Origin: an uncultured Planctomycetia bacterium
Lineage (GTDB): Bacteria; Planctomycetota; MHYJ01; WSZJ01; CAZYRM01
DNA: 64,000 nucleotides
Reading direction: 5' to 3'
Assembly (NCBI GenBank): GCA_964649705.1
Contig: CAZYRM010000003.1
Span: 29,850 to 93,849, forward strand
Shown here: piece after piece, positions 8,693 through 18,527 of the stretch
Layout of the letters: each line of letters starts with the position of its first letter
Position numbering within the stretch: the first letter of the stretch is position 1
The notes under the pieces: generated by a model
What the model saw: the letters and a program-made list of their open reading frames with translations, nothing else
Told to the model about the DNA's origin: nothing
Database searches by the model: none
Made by a program: the position numbers and the translations under genes

Positions 8693-11425
8693 ATGCCGAC
8701 CGAGCTGCCGACCCGATACGACGCGGCCTCCACGGAGGAGCGGATCTACCAGGGCTGGGAGTCGAAGGGGCTCTTCACGGCGGACCCCGCCTCGACGAAG
8801 CCACCCTACTGCATCGTCATCCCGCCTCCGAACGTGACGGGCTCCCTCCACATGGGACACGCCCTGAACAACACGCTCCAGGACATCGTCATCCGCTGGA
8901 GGCGGATGAACGGGCACGAGGTGCTGTGGCTCCCGGGCACGGACCACGCGGGGATCGCGACCCAGAACGTGGTGGAGCGCGAGCTGGCGAAGGACAAGGT
9001 GTCCCGCCACGACCTCGGCCGCGAGAAGTTCCTCGAGCGCGTGTGGGAGTGGAAGCAGAAGTACGGCGACACGATCATCCGCCAGCTCAAGCGGCTCGGT
9101 TGCTCGTGCGACTGGACGCGGTGCCGGTTCACGATGGACGAAGGATACTCCCACGCGATCCGCGTGGCCTTCGTGCGGTACTTCGAAAAGGGGTACATCT
9201 ACAAGGACAAGCGGATCGTGAACTGGTGCCCGAGGTGCCTCTCGGCGATCTCGGACATCGAGGTGGACCGCCCCGAGAAGCCGCCCAAGGGAAAGCTCTG
9301 GCACATCAAGTATCCGGTGAAGGGCTCGGACCGCTTTCTGACGGTGGCCACGACGCGGCCCGAGACGATGCTCGGCGACACCGCCGTGGCCGTGCACCCG
9401 GACGACCCGCGGTACCAGGACCTGATCGGGAAGACGGCGGTCCTGCCGCTCATGGACCGCGAGATCCCGATCATCGCCGACGGCATCCTCGTGGACCCGA
9501 AGTTCGGCACGGGGGCCGTGAAGGTGACCCCGGCGCACGACCAGAGCGACTTCGACTGCGGCGTGAGGAACAAGCTCCCGCGCGTCATCGTGATGGACGA
9601 GCACGGGGCGATGAACGAGAACGCCGGCAAGTACAGGGGACTCGACCGCTTCAAGGCGCGCGACGCGATCGTGAAGGACCTCGAGGCGCTGGGGCTCCTC
9701 ATCAAGACCCAGGACCACGAGACGCCCATCGGCTACTGCGACCGCTGCAAGACCGTCCTCGAGCCGTACCTCTCCGACCAGTGGTTCGTGAGGATGAAGG
9801 AGCTGGCCCAGCCGGCGATCCGCGTGGTCAAGGAGGGGAGGGTCCGCTTCATCCCCGACCGCTGGACGCGCGTGTACCTGGAGTGGATGGAGAACCTCCG
9901 CGACTGGTGCATCAGCCGCCAGATCTGGTGGGGCCATCGGGTGCCCGCGTGGAAGTGCGCCGACTGCAAGAAGTACACCACGGGGCTGACCGACCCGACG
10001 AAATGCGGGCAGTGCGGAAGCGCCAAGATCGAGCAGGAAACCGACGTGCTCGACACGTGGTTCTCCAGCGCCCTCTGGCCGTTTGCGACGCTCGGCTGGC
10101 CCGACAAGGCCGCCGACGTGGCGAAGTTCTACCCCGGCCACTCGCTGTTCACGGCAAGCGAGATCATCTACCTCTGGGTGGCGAGGATGATCTTCAGCGG
10201 CATGGAGTTCCTCGGCGAGATCCCCTTCAGCGACGTCTACATCCACGCCACGGTGAAGATCTGGGGCGACCGGATGTCGAAGAGCAAGGGGAACGGCGTC
10301 GACCCGCTGGAGCTCATCAAGCGGTACGGCGCCGACGCCACGCGGCACTGCCTCGCGAGCCAGGCGAATCTCGGGCAGGACCTGAACTGGCAGAACGGCT
10401 TCAAGAACCTCGGCGAGGCGAAAAAGTCCCCTCCCGACGACCCGAAGTGGACCGGGAACCCGAAGTGCGAGGAGGGACAGGCGTTCATCACCAAGATCTG
10501 GAACGCGTGCCGCTTCTCGCTGTCGAACGTGCAGTCGTCGACCCCGGCGCGGCTCCTGGACGCGCTGCCGACGTCCGACAAGCTCGCCTTCGAGGATCGC
10601 TGGATCCTCTCCAGGCTCCACACGTGCATCGCGAAGGCCGACGCCGCCCTCGAGGAGTACCGCTTCGGCGAGTACGTGGGGGCGCTGTACCACTTCGTGT
10701 GGCACGAGTTCTGTGACTGGTACCTCGAGATCGTGAAGCCTCGCCTCGGCGGGCCGGACCGCGCGACCGTGGAGGCCGTGCTCGTGCAAACGCTGACGAA
10801 CGTCCTCAGGCTCCTCCACCCGGTGATCCCGTTCGTGACCGAGGAGCTGTGGCAGGCGATCCGCTCGTTCCCCGGGCTCGACAAGGCGCTCTCCGAGAAC
10901 CTCATGACCGCGCCGTGGCCGAAGCAGGACCCCTCGCGCGTCCACGGGGCCACCGAGGAGGCGATGTCGCGCCTCATGGACGTGACGCGCGGGATCCGCG
11001 AGATCCGCGCCCGCGTGAACGCCCCACGCGCGCAGCTCCTCGCGGCACAGGTGAGCGGGCAGGACGAGGCGGCCCTCGCCGCCCTCCGCGGCCAGGAGCG
11101 GGTCATCGAGAGGCTCGGGGGGCTCTCCGCGCTCACGCTGGGCGTGGGGCTCTCTCGTCCGCCGAGGTCGGCGACGGAGGCGATCGGCCCGCTGGCGATC
11201 AGCGTGCCCCTCGAGGGCGTGATCGACCTGGCGGCGGAGCGGAAGCGGCTCGAGCAGCGCCTGGCGGAGACCGTGGGCGGCATCGAGCGGGTGCAGAAGA
11301 AGCTCGGCGACCCGAACTTCCGCGACAAGGCCCCCGCGGAGGTGGTCCAGGCGGAAGAGACCCGCATGCGCGAGCTCGAGGCGCAGCGCGCGAAGCTGGA
11401 AGAGGCCGTTCGGGACCTGGCGTGA
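8693..11425 (+). CDS. valS: Valine--tRNA ligase
   Basis: 910 aa; class I HIGH (PNVTGSLHMGHAL) and KMSKS (KMSKSKGNGVDP) motifs, editing domain, C-terminal coiled coil; TGA stop. Confidence 0.95.
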   Translation: MPTELPTRYDAASTEERIYQGWESKGLFTADPASTKPPYCIVIPPPNVTGSLHMGHALNNTLQDIVIRWRRMNGHEVLWLPGTDHAGIATQNVVERELAKDKVSRHDLGREKFLERVWEWKQKYGDTIIRQLKRLGCSCDWTRCRFTMDEGYSHAIRVAFVRYFEKGYIYKDKRIVNWCPRCLSAISDIEVDRPEKPPKGKLWHIKYPVKGSDRFLTVATTRPETMLGDTAVAVHPDDPRYQDLIGKTAVLPLMDREIPIIADGILVDPKFGTGAVKVTPAHDQSDFDCGVRNKLPRVIVMDEHGAMNENAGKYRGLDRFKARDAIVKDLEALGLLIKTQDHETPIGYCDRCKTVLEPYLSDQWFVRMKELAQPAIRVVKEGRVRFIPDRWTRVYLEWMENLRDWCISRQIWWGHRVPAWKCADCKKYTTGLTDPTKCGQCGSAKIEQETDVLDTWFSSALWPFATLGWPDKAADVAKFYPGHSLFTASEIIYLWVARMIFSGMEFLGEIPFSDVYIHATVKIWGDRMSKSKGNGVDPLELIKRYGADATRHCLASQANLGQDLNWQNGFKNLGEAKKSPPDDPKWTGNPKCEEGQAFITKIWNACRFSLSNVQSSTPARLLDALPTSDKLAFEDRWILSRLHTCIAKADAALEEYRFGEYVGALYHFVWHEFCDWYLEIVKPRLGGPDRATVEAVLVQTLTNVLRLLHPVIPFVTEELWQAIRSFPGLDKALSENLMTAPWPKQDPSRVHGATEEAMSRLMDVTRGIREIRARVNAPRAQLLAAQVSGQDEAALAALRGQERVIERLGGLSALTLGVGLSRPPRSATEAIGPLAISVPLEGVIDLAAERKRLEQRLAETVGGIERVQKKLGDPNFRDKAPAEVVQAEETRMRELEAQRAKLEEAVRDLA

Positions 11426-11811
11426 AGGCGCGATCCCGCTCCGCGGCCCGCTGGGTCCCCGTGCTCGTGTACATGGCCGGGATCTTCTGGCTCTCGAGCA
11501 TGGAACGCCCTCGGATCCCGCTCGCCGTGAACGACAAGCTCGCCCACGTCGCGGCGTACGCGCTCCTCGGCGCGCTCGTCCTGCGGGCGGCGAACGGCGG
11601 CCTCGGCCGGCCCGCCTCGGCGGGCGCGGTCCTCTTCTCCCTCCTGCTCTCGGCCGCGTACGGCGCCTCCGACGAGTGGCACCAGTCGTTCGTCCCCGGG
11701 CGGGTCGCCTCCGCGGGCGACGTCGTCGCCGACGCCCTGGGCGCGTTCCTGGCGATCGCGGTTCTGGCCGCGTGGGGACGGCGCCCCTATAATGCCCCTG
11801 TCCAACGCTGA
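11422..11811 (+). CDS. VanZ-like family membrane protein
   Basis: GTG overlapping valS stop (GTGA); 4 TM helices, conserved DEWHQSFVPGR motif. Confidence 0.65.
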   Translation: MKARSRSAARWVPVLVYMAGIFWLSSMERPRIPLAVNDKLAHVAAYALLGALVLRAANGGLGRPASAGAVLFSLLLSAAYGASDEWHQSFVPGRVASAGDVVADALGAFLAIAVLAAWGRRPYNAPVQR

Positions 11812-11823
11812 TCGAGAGGGACC

Positions 11824-12576
11824 ATGACCGACCTCAACGTAGCAGGCCTCCGGCCCGAATCCGTGGACATCGTCAAGGGCTTCGCGCAGGGCGCCGTCAA
11901 CGCCTTCAAGGAGCACCTCCTGTCCGTGAACCTCGCCGGGAGCGTCCTGACGAAGGACTACCTCCCCGGCCGCTCCGACACGAACTTCGTGCTCCTCTTC
12001 CAGCGCTTCTACCCGGACTTCTTCGACGAGGTCCAGGAGCTCGGGAGGATGTACGGGTCGCGCGGCGTGAGCGCGCCGCTCTGCATGACGCAGGCGTACG
12101 TCGAGACCTCGCTCGACGCCTTCCCGGTCGAGTTCTACAACCTCAAGCTGATCCACCACACGGTGTTCGGGCGTGACCTGCTGGCGGACCTCAAGATCGA
12201 GAAGGCCGACCTGAGGCTCCAGTGCGAACGTGAGCTGAAGTCGCACTTCCTGCAGCTCAGGAACGGCTTCATCCAGGTGGGGAACGACGCGCAGGCCCTG
12301 AAGGACATGCTCTTCTCCGCGCTGTCGGCCTACGTCCCCGTCGTTCGCGCGCTCCTCCACCTGCTCGGCAAGGAGTCCCCGCGCGAGGCGGTGGAGGCGG
12401 TTACGGCGCTCGAGGGGGCCCTGGGGATGCCGCTCGCGGCGATGAAGGACCTGTGGCGCATCCGGGTCGAGGAGGCGCGCGTCGATGCCGACGCGCTCCG
12501 GCACCTCTTCCTCGGCCTCTACGAGCTGGGCGGGTCGCTCGGCGAGAAGGTCGACCAGATGCAGATCCCGGCATAG
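11824..12576 (+). CDS. Hypothetical cytoplasmic protein
   Basis: 250-aa ORF with protein-like composition and GC3 bias, no recognisable motif. Confidence 0.5.
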   Translation: MTDLNVAGLRPESVDIVKGFAQGAVNAFKEHLLSVNLAGSVLTKDYLPGRSDTNFVLLFQRFYPDFFDEVQELGRMYGSRGVSAPLCMTQAYVETSLDAFPVEFYNLKLIHHTVFGRDLLADLKIEKADLRLQCERELKSHFLQLRNGFIQVGNDAQALKDMLFSALSAYVPVVRALLHLLGKESPREAVEAVTALEGALGMPLAAMKDLWRIRVEEARVDADALRHLFLGLYELGGSLGEKVDQMQIPA

Positions 12577-12591
12577 GGGGACGATCCACAG

Positions 12592-13479
12592 ATGCGCACA
12601 GATGCACACAGATTCGGGGCGGTGGCGCTCTTCCTGATCATAGCGGGCGTCGCCTGGCCCCAGGCGATCCGGCGCGAGGGGTTCGTCACGGATCAGGCTG
12701 GCGTGGTCGACCCGGCCTCCGAGGAGGGCATCCGGTCCATTCTTAGCGAGCTCCTCAACCGGACCGACTACGACGTCGCCATCGTGACTGTCCGGACCGC
12801 GCCCGGCGGGGTGGAGGGCCTGGCCGACTCGCTCGCCCGCGCGTGGAACACGGACGGCAACCTCGGTCTCGTCATCGTGGTCGCCGTCGACGACCGGGCG
12901 TGGAGAATCGCCCCGTCGAGCGAGTTGGAGGGGCTTTTGAGCAGCTCCTTCAACAATGGAGTGGCCGACCGGTGCTTCAAGCCGCAGTTCCGCGCGGGCA
13001 ACTACGGCGCGGGGCTCCTCGCGGCGGTTCATGAGATCGCCGTTCGAATCCCCGTGCGGTCGGGCGGCACGACGTCGTATCCCTCCTCCAGCGGCAACAC
13101 GCCCCCGCCTCCGACGCGCTACCCGACGGCGACCTCCTGCGGCGGCCCGGGCCTCTGCACGGGCATCGGGTGCGTCGTCGCATTCCTCTTTGTGATGGGG
13201 ATCCTCAACACGGCCCGCCGCTGGACCCCGGGGGGCTGGGGCGGCGGCGGCGGATACTGGTCGCGACCCTACGGCGGCGGCGGCTGGGGCGGCGGATGGG
13301 GACGATCGTACGGCCCCCGTCGGAGCTGGGGAAGCGGTTGGGGCAGCTCGAGCAGCTCCGGCTGGTCCTCCGGCCGGTCGAGTTGGGGCTCCAGCGGCGG
13401 TTCCAGCTTCCGCTCGAGCTCCAGCAGCACCCCGCGCCGCACGAGCTTCGGCGGCGGCGGCACCTCCGGAAGCTGGTAA
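12592..13479 (+). CDS. TPM-domain (YgcG/TLP18.3-like) protein with TM helix and Gly/Ser/Trp-rich tail
   Basis: Signal peptide, TPM-phosphatase-like core (FVTDQAGVVDPASEEGIRSILSEL...DVAIVTV), C-terminal TM + GGWGGG repeats typical of YgcG family. Confidence 0.7.
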   Translation: MRTDAHRFGAVALFLIIAGVAWPQAIRREGFVTDQAGVVDPASEEGIRSILSELLNRTDYDVAIVTVRTAPGGVEGLADSLARAWNTDGNLGLVIVVAVDDRAWRIAPSSELEGLLSSSFNNGVADRCFKPQFRAGNYGAGLLAAVHEIAVRIPVRSGGTTSYPSSSGNTPPPPTRYPTATSCGGPGLCTGIGCVVAFLFVMGILNTARRWTPGGWGGGGGYWSRPYGGGGWGGGWGRSYGPRRSWGSGWGSSSSSGWSSGRSSWGSSGGSSFRSSSSSTPRRTSFGGGGTSGSW

Positions 13480-13482
13480 TGC

Positions 13483-15732
13483 ATGCCCGATCCTCGTGAC
13501 GAGTTTCTCCGGCACAAGGAGCAGGCCCTCGCGGCGAAGCGTGAGGGTCGCAACGAGGAGGCGCGCGTCCACTTCCTCGCCGCCGCGAAGGCCCTCCTCG
13601 GGCTCGCCGAGAAGGTGAAGTCCCCCGAAGAGAAGGCCACCCTCGCCGAGGCGGCCCGCGCGCTCGTGGCGAAGGCCAAGGAGCTGAAGGGAGCCCCTTC
13701 GACCGACGCCGACCTCGTGCAGATCGAGGCCGACCTGCCGGCCGGGCCCCCCAGAGTGGCGCCGCCCGTCGTCGTCGCCCCGACGGCGCCCGAGCCCCCA
13801 AGGCCCGCCACGGCGATCGACCCGACGCTCTTCCTCGCCTCCTCCCCAGGCCAGGGCATGCGCGCGCAGATCCTCGGCGCGCTCTCGGCCGTGCTACCCC
13901 TCTCCCCCGCGATCGACCTTGCCGCCGTCGCAGCGGAGGCGAACGGGATGAGCGGCCCGGACCTCCTGGCGCTCCTCGCGGACGCCTGCCGCCGTGCGCA
14001 GAAGGCGTGCGTCAAGGGGCGGACGGAGTGGCGCATCGAGCCCGAGGACCTCGCGGCCGCGCTGGCCTCGCGCGAGGCCCCCGTCGTCACGACGGCGGGA
14101 ATGCCCCCGTCGGAGGCCCCCGCGGCCCCCCCCGACCCGCGCGTCCAGGAGACGCTCCTCCAGCACGGACTGCCGCCCGACGAGGCCGCCGCGTTCCTGG
14201 ACCTCCTCCACCTCACCGAGGACCGTCAGCTCCTCGCCGACCTCCTCGCGGACCGGGCGCGCGAGGTCAAGGGACGCGTCGCGAAGCGCCAGGCGCTCGA
14301 GGTCATGGGGCCGTACATGGAGAGGCTCGACCGGGTCGTCTTCGACCACGTCCTGGCCCAGGTCCTGACCGACCCCCTCGCCGTCGACCCCGCCCAGCTT
14401 GAGGCCGACCTCAAGGCCCTCGTCGACGGCGGCGGAGACAAGCGCCGCGAGCTGGCGCGACGGCTCGTGGACGCCTACCGCGGGACGCTCTCCCCCGCGG
14501 AGCTCGCGCCGTTCGAGGCGGCGGCCTCCTCCGAACAGGTCGACCTCGGCGCGCTGAAGGCCGACATCGAGGCGAAGGCCGGCCGCGCCCGCTTCGACCG
14601 GTTCATCGACGGCGCCGTCGAGGCGATGACGGACCTCTCCCCCGTGCTCCGTCGGAAGCTCCAGCGCAAGGCCAAGCGCCTCATCCCCGTCACGCAGGAC
14701 GCCTCGGCGCTCCGTGTCGAGGTCCGCAAGCTGCGAGATCGCCTCGTCGCCTTCTTCGAGGGCCAGAAGCGCAAGGAGGGCGACGAGGCCAAGGACCCGA
14801 TCTCCAACGTGGATGACCTGATCCTCGACGTCTGCCCCGTCGACTACGACGACGTCGCGGGGATGGACGCGATGAAGCGGGCGCTCGAGTTCGCGATCGA
14901 GAGCCCGCTCCGCGACCACGAGGTGATCCTGCGCGCCACGGGGAGGCCTCCGGAGAACACGGGCGTCCTCCTCTACGGCCCGCCGGGGTGCGGAAAGACG
15001 TTCATCGCGCTCGCCGCCGCCGGGGAGTTCCGCCTGAAGCACGGCGTCACGGTGATCAGCGTGCCGCTGGAGGCCGTCCTCGCGCTCCACTGGTCGAGGC
15101 AGATCGAGCGGATCGTCGACATCTTCGACCTGGCGAGGCGGAAGGCGCCGGCGATCGTGATCTGGGACGAGTTCGACACGTACGCCGCGGACCCGAGGGT
15201 CACCGGGCGCAAGTACGACGAGAAGCTCTGCACGACGTTCAAGCAGCAGTTCGAGGGGGTGATGAAGTCGGAGAAGCCGATCATCCACGTGGCGACCTCG
15301 AACTACCCGTGGAAGCTGGAGATCCCGCTCCTCAGGCCCGGGAGGCTTGGGGACATCAAGTACGTCGCGCCCCCCGACGCGGCGGCGAGGCGGGAGCTGT
15401 TCGACGTGCTCCTCGCGGGGGCGAACGTCGAGGAGGGAATCGCCCTCGACGAGCTGGCGGCGGCGACCGACGGGGCGGTCTCGGCGGAGATCAAGGCGAT
15501 CGTCCGGAAGGCGCTCGAGACGCCCGTGAAGGAGTACATCGACCGCGGGCGCAAGGACCCGCTGCGGAAGGCCACGATGGAGGACCTCCGCGCGGCCGCG
15601 AAGGAGCTGACGGTGGGGCAGTTCCCCGCGTGGCTCAAGCTCGCCGAGCAGGAGATCAGCAAGGAGCGCTTCCTGCCGGTCCAGCCGCTCTTCCAGGAGC
15701 TGAAGACGGAGTTCGAGCGGTACCTGAAATGA
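13483..15732 (+). CDS. MIT-domain AAA+ ATPase (Vps4/spastin-like)
   Basis: N-terminal three-helix MIT-like domain; Walker A GPPGCGKT, Walker B IVIWDEFD, sensor-1 ATSN, Arg finger PGRLGD; 4 bp after TPM gene. Confidence 0.8.
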   Translation: MPDPRDEFLRHKEQALAAKREGRNEEARVHFLAAAKALLGLAEKVKSPEEKATLAEAARALVAKAKELKGAPSTDADLVQIEADLPAGPPRVAPPVVVAPTAPEPPRPATAIDPTLFLASSPGQGMRAQILGALSAVLPLSPAIDLAAVAAEANGMSGPDLLALLADACRRAQKACVKGRTEWRIEPEDLAAALASREAPVVTTAGMPPSEAPAAPPDPRVQETLLQHGLPPDEAAAFLDLLHLTEDRQLLADLLADRAREVKGRVAKRQALEVMGPYMERLDRVVFDHVLAQVLTDPLAVDPAQLEADLKALVDGGGDKRRELARRLVDAYRGTLSPAELAPFEAAASSEQVDLGALKADIEAKAGRARFDRFIDGAVEAMTDLSPVLRRKLQRKAKRLIPVTQDASALRVEVRKLRDRLVAFFEGQKRKEGDEAKDPISNVDDLILDVCPVDYDDVAGMDAMKRALEFAIESPLRDHEVILRATGRPPENTGVLLYGPPGCGKTFIALAAAGEFRLKHGVTVISVPLEAVLALHWSRQIERIVDIFDLARRKAPAIVIWDEFDTYAADPRVTGRKYDEKLCTTFKQQFEGVMKSEKPIIHVATSNYPWKLEIPLLRPGRLGDIKYVAPPDAAARRELFDVLLAGANVEEGIALDELAAATDGAVSAEIKAIVRKALETPVKEYIDRGRKDPLRKATMEDLRAAAKELTVGQFPAWLKLAEQEISKERFLPVQPLFQELKTEFERYLK

Positions 15733-15773
15733 ACCGCGGCGCGCCCCGGGGCGTTCGATCCGACGGGGGTCAC

Positions 15774-18527
15774 ATGCGCGTCCACCTTCTGTCCCTGCTC
15801 GCCTGCGCCGCGCTCTCGGCCGGGGACCGTGACGACCTCCCCTACCTCGTCGCGGCCCTGGACAGCCCGGTGCCGCTCGTCGCCGGAGATGCGCACGCCC
15901 GCCTCCTGATCGCCGGGCCCGAGGCGATTCCGCTCCTGCTGTCCGCGGCGGAGGACGAGCTGGCCCGGCGCGCGGACCTGCTGCCCCGCATCGAGCGACT
16001 GATCCGCGACCTGGACTCGGACGACTACGATTCGCGCGAGCGCGCGGAGCTTGACCTTGTGGAGATCGGCCCCGAGGCCCTCCCCGCCCTACGCGAGGCC
16101 GCCGCGCACGGATCGCCGGAGCAGCAGGCGCGGGCCCAGGGCGCCGTGGACCGGATCGGGGCGGGGGCGGCCGTCCCGCCGAGGTTCCTCGTCCGGCTCT
16201 CGCACGCGATCTCCGCCCAGCCCGACGACCGGTGCGTCCCGACGCTTGTCGCATTCGCACGGCAACCGGAGGTGCCGGTCATGTCCGACGCCATCGAGGG
16301 CCTCTGGCGGCTGGGCACGGAGGCCGCCGTGGCCGCGCTCCGATCGCTTGCCGAGGAAGCCAACGTGGACCGCCGGTGGCTCGCCCGAGCGGCCCTCCTG
16401 GCCTCCGGCGTCGACCTCGACCTCTCCCCGGAGGCGTTCGTCGCCGACTGGCCGTCGCGGGAGACGCGGGAAGTCCTGTACTCGTCGCTCAGGCGGTGGG
16501 AGTCGCCCCGGGTCGTGCGATTTGCCCTGTCCGCGCTGAAGAGGGAGGGCGTCACCGCCCCCGCGGCCCTCCTGACCGTGCTGGAGGAGGTGGCGGACTC
16601 CCCCTTCCTCACACGCGAGGTCCTTGAATCGCTGCGTCAGGAGCTGCCCTGGAATCGGGGGGTGCTCCTGGGACTGCTGCGCGACCCGACCCCGGAGGCC
16701 GTCGCCGTACTGACCGACGCGCTCGCAAACCCCGAGTGGCGGGCACGGCAGGCCGCGGCCAGGATGCTCGCGAGGCTGAAGGGCGAGGAGGCCGCGGGGC
16801 TCATCGAGCCGCTCCTCGGCGACCCCGACCCCGTCCGCCTGACGGCCCTTCGGGCGCTCCACGCGGTTGGCGGTCGGGACGCCGCGCCGTTTCGTGAGGC
16901 GCTCGACAACCCGCTCCTGGCCAACGAGGCGATCGAGTACGCCCTCGTGAGGATGCCGGGGGCGGAGCGGAGCGGATCGATCGAGAATCGGATCGACGGC
17001 CCTCCGGACGAGGACTGCGGCGCGATCGAGAGATGGCTCGAGGCTGTGCTCGACCCCGTGCTCCGACGTCCGTTTCAGGAGCAGGACTACCTCCCGCGTC
17101 CGGTCACGCGGGACCCGGTCCGACGCTACGTCCTCGCCGCGGCACAGGCCCTGCAGGGACCGCTCCCGCCGAGGCCGATCGAGGTCCAGGGAGCCGCCTC
17201 TCGGTTCCGGGACTTCCTCGCGCTCGACGCAGGCCCCCGCGCCGCCGCCATCCGGGCCGGTCTTCGCGCCGAGGAGGGAGACAGGTGGGCCGAGGCGGCT
17301 CGCTGGGCCGTGTGGGAGGGGTGCGACGGCCTCGAGGAGGACCTCTTCCCGCTCCTTTCGTGCGGCAACGCGGCCACCGAGGAGATCGCGCGACTCTACC
17401 TGGCGCGGAGGAAGACGGACGACCTCTCAGGCCGGGTCAGGCGCATGGCGCTCGGGAGCGACCCGGGAAGCGCGCCGCTCCTGTGGGTGCAATGGGAGGG
17501 GCGTGCCGCGGCGAAGGCGCTGCTCGAGCGCCTGAAGGAGCCTGGCACACCGCCGTCGGGCCTCCTGCGGGCGCTCGCCCAGGCGCCGCTGGAGGCGCCG
17601 GACGCCCTGCTCCTCCTGGCGTTCCCCGTCAGCGAGGGGGCGGACGGCCGAGCGCTGTGCGCGGCCCTTCACCGGACGGGATCGGCGGACGCGCAGGTCC
17701 GACTCCGCGAGTTGGCCACGCTGCTGTTCAGCCCGTCCGAAGAGGCCTGGATCGAGCTGGCAGCGGACCCCGCGGATATCGAGCTCGTCCTGCGCTTCAT
17801 GCGGGCGTCACGGGGAATCGTGGTCGATTCGTCCATGCGCTCGCCGCGACTGGTCGAGGCCATCGGGTCCCCTGCCGCGATGGGCGAGCTCGCGGCGCGC
17901 GTGGCCGTTCCCGCGTGGTCCGACGTCGAATCGATCGCACGGGCGATGGTCCGCCTGGATCGTGAGTCCGCCCGCGCCAGGGCGGCCGAGTGGCACCGGT
18001 CCCTCCATGCGCCGCGGCGCCTCGCCGCCCTCTGGATCGACCTGCTCTCGGGGGAGACGCCCTCGAAGGAGACGACGGAGTCCCTGGCGTCGGCCGGGAC
18101 GGTCTACCGTGTCGCCCTCCTGGCGGCCGCACGCGAGTCGGGATCGGCGCCGCTCGCGCAAGCCTGCGTCCCCCTGCTCGTCGACCCCGAGCCGGACGTC
18201 CGAGTCTCCGCCTGGCACGCGCTCGCCGCGTGCGTCGGGGGCACGCCCGAGGGGCACGGCAACACCTTCTCGGTTCCCGTCGAGGTCCGCCGGGCGTGGG
18301 CGGCGTGGTTCGAGGCAAACCCGGGAGTCGACCGGCGGCAAGCCCTGGCCGCCCGGATGGCCGGGGCCGTCGACGACGAGGAGGACCTCCTCCAGTGCTT
18401 CGTCCGCGGTCCACAACACGTGGCGATGGCGGCCTGGATCGAACACGGGGCCAGGCCCGACGACATGCCGACGACCCCCCAGTCTTTCGTGGATGAGGCC
18501 GTACGATGGCGAGACTCGCTGCGCTGA
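15774..18527 (+). CDS. Secreted HEAT-repeat (PBS-lyase type) protein
   Basis: Signal peptide MRVHLLSLLACAALSA; repeated ~30-aa Ala/Leu-rich HEAT units incl. DPEPDVRVSAWHALAA. Confidence 0.7.
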   Translation: MRVHLLSLLACAALSAGDRDDLPYLVAALDSPVPLVAGDAHARLLIAGPEAIPLLLSAAEDELARRADLLPRIERLIRDLDSDDYDSRERAELDLVEIGPEALPALREAAAHGSPEQQARAQGAVDRIGAGAAVPPRFLVRLSHAISAQPDDRCVPTLVAFARQPEVPVMSDAIEGLWRLGTEAAVAALRSLAEEANVDRRWLARAALLASGVDLDLSPEAFVADWPSRETREVLYSSLRRWESPRVVRFALSALKREGVTAPAALLTVLEEVADSPFLTREVLESLRQELPWNRGVLLGLLRDPTPEAVAVLTDALANPEWRARQAAARMLARLKGEEAAGLIEPLLGDPDPVRLTALRALHAVGGRDAAPFREALDNPLLANEAIEYALVRMPGAERSGSIENRIDGPPDEDCGAIERWLEAVLDPVLRRPFQEQDYLPRPVTRDPVRRYVLAAAQALQGPLPPRPIEVQGAASRFRDFLALDAGPRAAAIRAGLRAEEGDRWAEAARWAVWEGCDGLEEDLFPLLSCGNAATEEIARLYLARRKTDDLSGRVRRMALGSDPGSAPLLWVQWEGRAAAKALLERLKEPGTPPSGLLRALAQAPLEAPDALLLLAFPVSEGADGRALCAALHRTGSADAQVRLRELATLLFSPSEEAWIELAADPADIELVLRFMRASRGIVVDSSMRSPRLVEAIGSPAAMGELAARVAVPAWSDVESIARAMVRLDRESARARAAEWHRSLHAPRRLAALWIDLLSGETPSKETTESLASAGTVYRVALLAAARESGSAPLAQACVPLLVDPEPDVRVSAWHALAACVGGTPEGHGNTFSVPVEVRRAWAAWFEANPGVDRRQALAARMAGAVDDEEDLLQCFVRGPQHVAMAAWIEHGARPDDMPTTPQSFVDEAVRWRDSLR